Positions 8,262 through 16,313 of a stretch of DNA of 64,000 nucleotides are shown here, piece after piece. Position numbers and translations under genes: made by a program. Each line of letters begins with the position of its first letter. The first letter of the stretch is position 1. Source of the DNA: a virus. Under the pieces are notes generated by a model. The model saw only the letters and a program-made list of their open reading frames with translations. It did not search any database and was not told the DNA's origin. The DNA lies in IMG/VR virus record IMGVR_UViG_3300048790_000078, positions 1 to 64,000 of that record. The stretch is one strand, 5' to 3'.

Positions 8262-9767
8262 TTAAGTGATCCCGGCGCCCAAATCTGAGATAAGTCCCAT
8301 AGAATAAGGGACATAAAGTTGCAAACACTGATCCGAGTAGATTCCGTTCTGCCACTGACGAGTCACTACCGGCCAGGCCACCATGAAGTAATCGCGGCGG
8401 GTGCGGACGGCGCGGGCGATGGGGATGTTGGCGGTCGGATAGGGGTTGACTTCGCAGTCGAAGAAGATGTACCCGTCTGGCATGTTGGGGTGAAGTTCGA
8501 CGGGGATGGGCTTGGCGCCGCCCCATGCGTACTTGTTGACGTACTGCTGGATGACCGAGGAACCGGTCAGGCCGCCCACAGATTCGACGTCGTTCGAGAG
8601 ATTGACGCGGAAGCCCATGTTGCCGGCCGAGGAAGCGGTGCCGACGTTGGCGACGCAGCGGGTCAGATCGCGGATGACCTGCGAGCCGACGTACATCCGG
8701 GTGGGAGACGTCTTGTACGTGTCCCAGAAGTATTTCAGGGCCGTTTCCACCTCGACGGCGCCATTGGCTCCATCGGGCGACAGTGTGCCGCCGGCCAGCG
8801 AGTTGTAGTACCCGTTGGCGGACAGGGCCTGGGGAATGAGGCCATCGAAGCTGTACTGGTTCTGCGACCAGTCGGTGCCGTTGCCGGTATAGGCTGCGGT
8901 CTGACCGGTGGAAGGCTGCGAAGTGATCGTGATGGTGCAGATCGAAGAGAAGCCGAAGAAGTAGGCATTGGCTGCGCCGGCCGAGGAACCGACGAACCAG
9001 GCGTACCCGGCGGCGCCCTTGGTGCCGGTGACGATTGCAGCGATCGAACCGACGCTGCTGGCGGAAGTGACCGAGATGCCGGCGGAAGCGGCCGACAGGA
9101 TGGCCGAGCCACCGTTGAAGGTGAGTGTGGTGCCATCGGCGTTGGGGCGGGAGACTGAGGTCACAACCGAACCGGCCGTCTTCGAAAGCGAGGCACCCTG
9201 AAGCGTCAGAGCGACGCAGTACACGTAATAGGTGCCGGTGGCGAGTGCGCCGCCCGTGCCAGATCCTGTTCCGGTCGGAGTCGCTGTGGTGCCGAGGGCG
9301 ATCCCGGTGGGACCGTTACCCCAGAGCAGCTTGGGCTCTTCGGAGAGGATGAGCGAGTCGAGCGCCGTCCGCTGCGCGATGCCGCGGATGTCGTCGTACC
9401 CTTCGCCGGCGTACTCGGCTTCCCACGTCACGGCGTTTTCGAGGCCGATCCCGTGATAGGTCGAGAGCTTGCCAGCCGTAGCCGGAGTGATGACCCCGCC
9501 GCGCTGCCCTTCACCAAGTTCCGAAGTGACGTTGTTGGTGTTCGGGTTGGTGATGATATTCCAGTGGACCGCGAGGCCCTGACCGGCTTCCCGTTTGCCG
9601 ATACGAGGCATGCGTTTGCGAATGGGCGCGATGACCGGATAGAGAAGCTTCGCCTCCGCCTCCAGGTCGTAAAAGACCAGCCCTTGACTGGTCGAGATTC
9701 CAGCTTTATTCAGTCCGCCGGTCCGGAGTTCGGCCAGCCGCTGAAGAGCGGCGCTATCGAAGTTCAT
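8262..9767 (-). CDS. Major capsid protein with Ig/Fn3-like insertion
   Basis: Follows protease and scaffold; strong RBS GGAAAGGAAGG; GL.FYDLE.EAKLLYP and EE..LLWGN motifs; 501 aa. Confidence 0.85.
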   Translation of the reverse strand: MNFDSAALQRLAELRTGGLNKAGISTSQGLVFYDLEAEAKLLYPVIAPIRKRMPRIGKREAGQGLAVHWNIITNPNTNNVTSELGEGQRGGVITPATAGKLSTYHGIGLENAVTWEAEYAGEGYDDIRGIAQRTALDSLILSEEPKLLWGNGPTGIALGTTATPTGTGSGTGGALATGTYYVYCVALTLQGASLSKTAGSVVTSVSRPNADGTTLTFNGGSAILSAASAGISVTSASSVGSIAAIVTGTKGAAGYAWFVGSSAGAANAYFFGFSSICTITITSQPSTGQTAAYTGNGTDWSQNQYSFDGLIPQALSANGYYNSLAGGTLSPDGANGAVEVETALKYFWDTYKTSPTRMYVGSQVIRDLTRCVANVGTASSAGNMGFRVNLSNDVESVGGLTGSSVIQQYVNKYAWGGAKPIPVELHPNMPDGYIFFDCEVNPYPTANIPIARAVRTRRDYFMVAWPVVTRQWQNGIYSDQCLQLYVPYSMGLISDLGAGIT

Positions 9768-9868
9768 AATCTTCCCTTCCTTTCCGCCCAGCGGCGGTAC
9801 TACCAAATCTCTGGATGGATGGAGTAGAGAGGAACTTTATGCTCAGTCCCTCTCAAGGGAGAAACTGG

Positions 9869-10786
9869 TTAAGCCGCGTTGCCGAACTGTTCGGGAAACG
9901 GATTGCCGACCTGCGCCGGAACTTCTTTCACCGACTTCAGGAACGCGCTGCCGCCGTTATTGCCAAGCTGCCCGGATTCGACGGCCTTCAGGTATTCCGG
10001 ATTCGGCATACCGTATTCGTCGGTCGCGGGGATCTCCGCGCCAGTGGCAACCTTCGCCACCGGAGTGGGGCCGGGCTGACCTGCGACGGGCTGGCGCGCG
10101 CCGTCCGCGGCCTTTTCGAGCGACACCGTGCGCACCGGAATGGTCTTCTCGATATGCGGGGGGGCGGCGGGCACGGGAGCCAGAGCTTTGAGCAACTGGT
10201 TGAAGCCGTCCTGCACAGCGGTGATCTGAGCGTCGGCCTTCGCGGTGAGTTGCTTCACGAGAGCCGCCTGGCCGCGAGCGTTCTCGCGAGTGGCCTGCTT
10301 CTTGAACGCTTCGAGCTTGCGGTTGTAGCGCTTTTCGGTGCGTTCCGCAGCAGCGAGACCCTTGTCGCTCTCTTCGTCGGCCGAGTCCACCGCATCGTCG
10401 ATCGCGCCTTCGGCGTTGTCGAGGTGCTCTTCCTGGGAGGTGATGAGCTTGTCGAGGGCGCCGTGGTGGGTTTCCATGCCGCTCATGTGAGTGGTCATGT
10501 CCTTCGCTTCGCCGGCATCTTCCACCTTGCCGAGCTTGCCAGAGGCGATGGCCTTGCCCATGCAGTCCTTCATGTTGTCCAGGTGGCTGGCCATGCCGTC
10601 CATGTGCTCGCCCATCTTGTCGTGGGTCTCGATCGCCTTACCGATAGCCTTCGCCGCTTTGCCGAGGTGATCGGCGGCCTTCTTGAGCTTTTCAACGACT
10701 TCGGTGGTGAATTTCGCGAACTGAGCCGGGCCGTCCGGGCCTGCTGCGATCTTCTGCAGATCCTTTGTGAGTTTTTCGACGTCCAT
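9869..10786 (-). CDS. Capsid scaffolding protein
   Basis: Charged Ala/Lys-rich helical protein between protease and MCP. Confidence 0.65.
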   Translation of the reverse strand: MDVEKLTKDLQKIAAGPDGPAQFAKFTTEVVEKLKKAADHLGKAAKAIGKAIETHDKMGEHMDGMASHLDNMKDCMGKAIASGKLGKVEDAGEAKDMTTHMSGMETHHGALDKLITSQEEHLDNAEGAIDDAVDSADEESDKGLAAAERTEKRYNRKLEAFKKQATRENARGQAALVKQLTAKADAQITAVQDGFNQLLKALAPVPAAPPHIEKTIPVRTVSLEKAADGARQPVAGQPGPTPVAKVATGAEIPATDEYGMPNPEYLKAVESGQLGNNGGSAFLKSVKEVPAQVGNPFPEQFGNAA

Positions 10787-10844
10787 GATTGTTTGTTGCG
10801 GGCAGCGCCCGGCTTCCTTTCAAAAGTTGGTGGATGGACGATAC

Positions 10845-12422
10845 TTACGAAGCTTTTGCCAGCGCGAAGATACTGCCGATAGCGCTCAGTTCAAGTGCAC
10901 CTTCGTCGCTGGCAATCTTTTTCGCCGAACCGAAACCGAGAGATTTCAAATGATCGCTGAGTGACCGCACTCCGCTGCCGCGAGTGATCTGGCCGACAGG
11001 CCCACTTGGAATTTGCTGACCACGGTGCTCCCAACTCGCACCACTGTTTTTAGGATGGGCGCCTAGGTAAGACACCTTTACCCTGCTCGTGGGAGTGTAA
11101 AGCGGATGACCAACGGACGGCCTGTATTTGCCTGTGCCTGTGGACTCAAAACCTGCACCGCTTAAAGCCTCGCTGAACTTGCCGTCTTCGCCGTGGTTCT
11201 CGTTGAACTTCGCAAGATCGAAAATACCGAAAGTTCCCAGCTCAAGCGCATCGTCTTCGTCTCCGGCCTGCGAATCCCGAATCAGTTCGCCCACTTCCTC
11301 CGTCGCGAGATCGATAAAGATCTGCTTCAGCGGTTGCAGCGCGGAAAGTAACGCCGCCGGGATCTTCGAGTCATCGTCCTCGTAGATCGCTTCGTCGCGC
11401 AGACTCGATTCCATCCACGCCAGCGAGCAGAGGATATCCGCCAGGCGGCCGACATCCCACATGGACTTCGCGAGCGGCGCGCGGTCGGCGTCGACCACGA
11501 TGCCGCGCTTCGCCAGCGCGTTCGGGAAGCAGTCCATCACGGCTTTCTGGGCGAAGGTCTTCGCTTCGACACCGTGCTTGCGGGCCGCTGCGATGATGTG
11601 CTGCGCGACCACATGCTTCTTCTCGGGCGGAATGCCTTCGGTCTGGTTGAACCGCGCCATTGCGTTCTGCGCATGGGCGGCGTCCGGCGTCGGCAGTGAC
11701 CATGTGTCCGGCTTGGTCGGATCGCCGACGAAGGCGAAGTCTTTCGCCGTCAGTTCTTTCCCTGCCACGGCTTTCGTCTTCTGTCCGCTGGCCTTGACCA
11801 GTAGTTCGTCGAGCTCGGAATCGTTCAGCGTTTCGATACCGGCCTTGACCATCTTCGAAGCCAGGCTCTTCGCCAGTTCGTCAGTGCGGATGCAGGCGAA
11901 CTTCCGGAGCTCGGTACCGCCACCGGCCTTAACGACTTCGAAGGTCGCTCCCGGGATGCAGGGGGCGTCGACCAGTGAGAGCTCGGCGGGCGCGCCGGTA
12001 TAGCGCTTGAAGCCCTTGTGAACCGGATCTTCCCACTTCTGCCCGACGTAGTCGCCACCGATTGAAAAGCCGGTATAGACGCCTTCCTCGCACTTTTTCC
12101 ATTCGTTCTCATCAATCACTTTGGCGCCGACTTCGAAGCGCTTCAGTGCATCATTCGGCTTGAAGGAGATGAGCTTGCCGGCTGCGATCTTCGTGTGCAT
12201 CGACCGGAGGTTGCCGAGCGATGCGCCGTTGGTGGCGTCGACGAAAGACTGGGACCAGCGTTCGAAGTGTGGTTTCGAGGTGTCGTAGTCGAGAACCTCG
12301 CCAGCCCGGTCCGGCTCTTCGACGGCAGCCACGCCCCACACCTCATGTCGCTCGCGGTCGATCTTGGTGATCGGGATCCGCAAGACTGACCGCTGATCGG
12401 TGTTGGGTGTCTGGAAGAACAT
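10845..12422 (-). CDS. Prohead maturation protease fused to a DUF6582-like domain and an FNENH module
   Basis: NLRSMH..AAGK, GVYTGFSIGG, ELSLVD.P motifs; DFAF..LP.PDAAHAQNAMARFNQ; KFNENHGEDGKFSE. Confidence 0.8.
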   Translation of the reverse strand: MFFQTPNTDQRSVLRIPITKIDRERHEVWGVAAVEEPDRAGEVLDYDTSKPHFERWSQSFVDATNGASLGNLRSMHTKIAAGKLISFKPNDALKRFEVGAKVIDENEWKKCEEGVYTGFSIGGDYVGQKWEDPVHKGFKRYTGAPAELSLVDAPCIPGATFEVVKAGGGTELRKFACIRTDELAKSLASKMVKAGIETLNDSELDELLVKASGQKTKAVAGKELTAKDFAFVGDPTKPDTWSLPTPDAAHAQNAMARFNQTEGIPPEKKHVVAQHIIAAARKHGVEAKTFAQKAVMDCFPNALAKRGIVVDADRAPLAKSMWDVGRLADILCSLAWMESSLRDEAIYEDDDSKIPAALLSALQPLKQIFIDLATEEVGELIRDSQAGDEDDALELGTFGIFDLAKFNENHGEDGKFSEALSGAGFESTGTGKYRPSVGHPLYTPTSRVKVSYLGAHPKNSGASWEHRGQQIPSGPVGQITRGSGVRSLSDHLKSLGFGSAKKIASDEGALELSAIGSIFALAKAS

Positions 12423-12423
12423 G

Positions 12424-12666
12424 TTAGGCGCCGCCTTCCTCGGTAACTTCGACTTTCGGTGCTTCGATCTGAAGCGGTTCGTCGATCTCGACGGCAGTCA
12501 GCACGCAGGGAGGATCGAGATCCTCGACATTCGTGACGCGCAGCGCGGCGAACTGCCCGTGGCACTGGCCGCAGTCCGCATGAAGGTGGTTCGGCTGGGC
12601 TGGAACCGCGACGACTTCAACCGTCGCAGTGTGACTGCATTCGAGATCGACCGTGATGCGCTTCAT
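12424..12666 (-). CDS. Small Cys/His-containing protein
   Basis: LECSH..CGQC; coupled to neighbours. Confidence 0.45.
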   Translation of the reverse strand: MKRITVDLECSHTATVEVVAVPAQPNHLHADCGQCHGQFAALRVTNVEDLDPPCVLTAVEIDEPLQIEAPKVEVTEEGGA

Positions 12667-12668
12667 GA

Positions 12669-14114
12669 TTACTGGAGCACCTCGATGTGCAGGCTCAACA
12701 GGCGGACCGTGGTATCGGCTGCCACCAGCGGTTCGATTGCCAGCGTGTACCACTGCTGAGAGAACAGCCCGAGCGATCCGACCGCAGCGTTGCTGGTATC
12801 GGCGCCGACCGGGACAACCGTGCCGGCCGCGTAGGACGCGATGAACTGCGATTCAGGCTGAATCGACCCAACAGCGGTTGCGCCAACTGCGTTCGTTGTC
12901 ATCGTGCAGGTGAAATTCGTATCGGTATATGGCTGAGTTGCCCACACCACGCCGCTCACTGCGTTACAGACGGCGACGGGAAGTCCCGCCGTGACGCCGC
13001 CCGCCCAGCCGGTCATCAACTGAATGGAAAGCGTGCTCGACGCGCCGGCGGTCAGCAGGAGTTTGCCGGACACGCGAATCGTGCGCCCGATTACGTTCTG
13101 GAAGCCAGCGGGCAGATTGAAGCTGCCGAGAGGCGTAAGATCTGAAGCGGTTGCGCTGGCGATCGTGCCCGATCCGAACGGCCCATAATTGGTCTGGAAG
13201 CCGAAGCCAGGTTGCGCGGATGGCACGTAGCCGAAGGTCGTATGGCCCTGAGGTACCGGGTTGTTCGTATTGGTAACGCCGAGGGCGACCGGAGCCAGGT
13301 ACGTGGTCGTGGTGAAAGTCGTTGCCCAGGTACCGGTTGAAGTCAGGGCGCACGCGGCGATGGTGCTCACCAGCGTACTCAGCGTGCAGTTCGAAGAAGT
13401 TACCGGAAGCAGATACGAGGTCGCCGCGGAGGTGGTGCCAGCATACATTCGCCAGCCAACCGCGCCGGTCGCGCACGTCGGAGGAACTGGCACGGTCAGC
13501 GTGTAGTTGAGGGTCGGGGTCTGCGTGTAGTCGGCGGAGGCCGCACTTTCGCCGCCAAGCGCGTCAACGCATGTGGCCGTAAAGTGGGTCGAGGATGCCG
13601 CCCAGGTTCCAGTGGCCGAGGTGAAAACGATGTTCGTGGCCGTCAAGGTAGTCGGCGGCGCGATCACCGTCAGCGTGGTCGGCTGCATCGTGTAGAAGGA
13701 CGGCACTACGCCGTTCACGGATCTGTTGTCCCGGATCGTCACGTTCGAGAGTGGAGAGATGCCGGCGACGGTCGCATTGGTTCCGCCTGCGGTGGTCCAC
13801 GACTTGTCGATGATGACCTCGCCGCCACCGTTCGCGCCAACAGCGTTAACCGCTTCCTGGAGTCCGAACGTGGTGCTGGTGCTCGAAGCAAAATTGATCG
13901 CGTTGTTATTGTTGATTCCGGTCCAGAGGTTCGAGGTGGCTCCGCAGCCCAGGAGCGAAGATCCGTTCCATGTGAGAAGGGGGACGCCGACCTGATTGTT
14001 TGGTCCGAGACAGGGAGTGCCTGACGTCTGAGCCGAGGCGGGGACGGTCAGTGCCGCCATCAAGAAGAGCCCAACGAGGGCGGAGCGGAAGAGATTTGTC
14101 ATGTTCGAAACCAT
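12669..14114 (-). CDS. Thr/Gly/Ala-rich beta protein with Sec signal peptide (possible virion or surface protein)
   Basis: RBS AAAGGA; MTNLFRSALVGLFLMAALTVPASA|Q signal peptide. Confidence 0.65.
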   Translation of the reverse strand: MVSNMTNLFRSALVGLFLMAALTVPASAQTSGTPCLGPNNQVGVPLLTWNGSSLLGCGATSNLWTGINNNNAINFASSTSTTFGLQEAVNAVGANGGGEVIIDKSWTTAGGTNATVAGISPLSNVTIRDNRSVNGVVPSFYTMQPTTLTVIAPPTTLTATNIVFTSATGTWAASSTHFTATCVDALGGESAASADYTQTPTLNYTLTVPVPPTCATGAVGWRMYAGTTSAATSYLLPVTSSNCTLSTLVSTIAACALTSTGTWATTFTTTTYLAPVALGVTNTNNPVPQGHTTFGYVPSAQPGFGFQTNYGPFGSGTIASATASDLTPLGSFNLPAGFQNVIGRTIRVSGKLLLTAGASSTLSIQLMTGWAGGVTAGLPVAVCNAVSGVVWATQPYTDTNFTCTMTTNAVGATAVGSIQPESQFIASYAAGTVVPVGADTSNAAVGSLGLFSQQWYTLAIEPLVAADTTVRLLSLHIEVLQ

Positions 14115-14172
14115 CCTTTCAGTCTGGCGGCAGGAAGGATGGAATCGAAATCAGTTTACGACGAGAAGAATA

Positions 14173-14330
14173 ATGAACTTCTATCCGACTACACTAGCAT
14201 AGCCGCAATAGATTTTGAAGGGACTATCCCCGCAGCGCTCATCCCGAGCGCTTTGATATTCAGTCCAGAGTTGTGGTCGCGCCCGATTGTCAGCCCGCAG
14301 GAACAGGCGTGAATCCTGTCCGCCAGCGTC
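14173..14330 (-). ncRNA. Predicted omegaRNA/right end of the TnpB element
   Basis: TnpB omegaRNAs overlap the ORF 3' end; GAAGTTCA at about 14174-14181 resembles a right-end boundary; limits approximate. Confidence 0.35.
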
Positions 14331-15310
14331 TTCGGAACGACCGCACCGCAACCGGAACATCTCTGAGAAGTGCCGCGCGGATTCACCGGTACAGCCCATT
14401 TACCGGCGCTTTCAGCCTTGTAAATGATGCACCAGATCAACAGCCCCCAGGCGGCGTCCATGATCGATTTGGAAAGCTGGCGGTTGGCCGCCATGTTCTT
14501 TATTTTCAGGTCTTCGAAGGCGATCAGGTCATAGTTTTCGACCAGCCGCTTCGAGATGTGATGCAGGTAGTTCCTGCGGGCATCGGCAGCCCGTTGGTGA
14601 GCCCGGCGTAGCGTTTCAACCGTGCGCACTCGATTCTTCGATCGGCGCTGCTTCGTCGCCAGCCGCCGACCGGCCGCCGCGATCCGCGATTCATGTTTCC
14701 GCGTCCAGCGCGGATTCTCGATAACCGTCCCATCGCTCAACGTCGCGAGCGCGGTCAGACCAACGTCGATGCCAACCGGATTTGATACCGCGCATTTCTC
14801 TGGCGCGGGGCCTATGTCGCAGACAACCGAAGCGGTCCAGCGCTTGCCGTCACGCCTGATGGTGCAGGTTTTCGGCGTCCCGCTGATCGGGCGATTGCTG
14901 CGCGTACGGATATCACCGATAAGCGGAATCTTTATGGAGTGAGCGCGCACGACAGGATGGTGGTCGGCCAAAGTAAACGAGTTGTACCTCGACTTTGACC
15001 TGAAACGAGGATAGCCCGGCGTCTGGCCATTTCTTGAGCGCAGGAAAAACGCTTTGAATGCGCGATCCACGCGCCGTAATGGGTCGCGTTGTATCTCAGC
15101 GGCAATCCATTGAAACTGCGGGTCTTTCCTGAGATCGGAAATCTGCTTATATTGATCGTACAGGCTGATCGATTTGCGCTGCAATTTCCAGGCGTCACGC
15201 CGTTCTTGAAGAGCTGCATTATAAGTTTCGCAATTGTCCAGAAGGATGCGCTCTAGAGCTGAGCGCTCGCCAGCATTCGGCAACATCCTGAACTGATAAG
15301 TGCGAAACAT
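14189..15310 (-). mobile_element. tnpB: IS200/IS605-family TnpB RNA-guided endonuclease (solo, no TnpA)
   Basis: RTYQFRM.P N-terminus, YN.AL, GYPRFRS; RuvC motifs GIDVG, FEDL, RDHN; TSQRCSGCG..CSCG zinc finger. Confidence 0.92.
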
Positions 15311-15319
15311 GCGAAACGG

Positions 15320-15652
15320 TCACTGACCGATGCGCTGAGATTCGAGCTGCTGCAGTTGGCCCTGAAGCAAATTCAGTTCGCTCTGAGCTGAGCCGTGGGC
15401 GTCGGAAGCCATCGTGAAATCGTTCCGCACTTTGCCTTCTTTCATGCGGGCGGCCTTGAGCATTTCCTGAGCTTCAGCCACGTCGGCAGTGGCCTTGGCG
15501 ACCTCAACGCGCAGCGCATCGAAAGCCTCACGCCGAGCCTGGACTTTCGCCAGCGCGGCTTTGATGTTGGCCTTCAATTGGCTTTTCCGCTGTTCGTTCA
15601 GAGGGCCCTGCTGAAGGGGAATGGCTTGCTGTGTCTGCTGCGTGGTGATCAT
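15320..15652 (-). CDS. Coiled-coil hypothetical protein
   Basis: Heptad pattern; TAAATT 7 nt upstream of ATG. Confidence 0.55.
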   Translation of the reverse strand: MITTQQTQQAIPLQQGPLNEQRKSQLKANIKAALAKVQARREAFDALRVEVAKATADVAEAQEMLKAARMKEGKVRNDFTMASDAHGSAQSELNLLQGQLQQLESQRIGQ

Positions 15653-15657
15653 GGCTT

Positions 15658-15999
15658 CTAATTTACCACCGGTGGCGGCTCTTCGGCGGGAGGCTCATCG
15701 TCATCGGCGCCGGGCGCGGCAGCCGCGGGGACGGGCTCCTCGACCGGTTTCACTGGCAGCAACCGAAGCACGATCGTCTGGGCGGAGACAGCGCAGAGAA
15801 CGACTTGCCGCATACATCCGCCACAGATAGAAGGCCCGCAATGCTCCAGCACGATGATGCTGGTCTGAGGCAGATTCTGGAAGCGCGGCGGTTTGCATTC
15901 AACGCGGTTGACGTGACCGCATTCGCAGGGCACGTCGTACATGTTTGGGTCGGATGGAGCGGCGGGAAGGCCGGTTCGCGGATCGAGGATGGGAATCAC
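15658..15999 (-). CDS. Cys-containing hypothetical protein
   Basis: CECGH..CGGC; TATCAT 7 nt upstream of GTG. Confidence 0.5.
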   Translation of the reverse strand: MIPILDPRTGLPAAPSDPNMYDVPCECGHVNRVECKPPRFQNLPQTSIIVLEHCGPSICGGCMRQVVLCAVSAQTIVLRLLPVKPVEEPVPAAAAPGADDDEPPAEEPPPVVN

Positions 16000-16004
16000 G
16001 AAGT

Positions 16005-16313
16005 CTATGATACAGCAGACTCAACGGGAGTTGTCGGGTCCAGTTCCTCGCCCTGTTCTGCCAGCCATTCCTCCATTGAAGGAATCTTGTCCACGTCAGC
16101 CGGCGCGGAATCGACAGGCTCTTCTGGATGGTCGGCCTCGTACTGCGTCCCGGCTTTGATCATGGCGGCCAGCGTCGCGCGGTCCTGCTTGTCCTGCTCA
16201 TCCATCAGTTCATCCCAGTCGGATTGCGAGACGAAGTCTGGTTTGAGTTTATTCAATTCTGCCCGCAATGCGAGCCTGTGGGTGTCGTCGCTATTTGTAC
16301 TGGTAGCTTCCAC
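16005..16313 (-). CDS. Small acidic hypothetical protein
   Basis: D/E-rich; overlaps the end of the polyprotein gene. Confidence 0.45.
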   Translation of the reverse strand: MEATSTNSDDTHRLALRAELNKLKPDFVSQSDWDELMDEQDKQDRATLAAMIKAGTQYEADHPEEPVDSAPADVDKIPSMEEWLAEQGEELDPTTPVESAVS

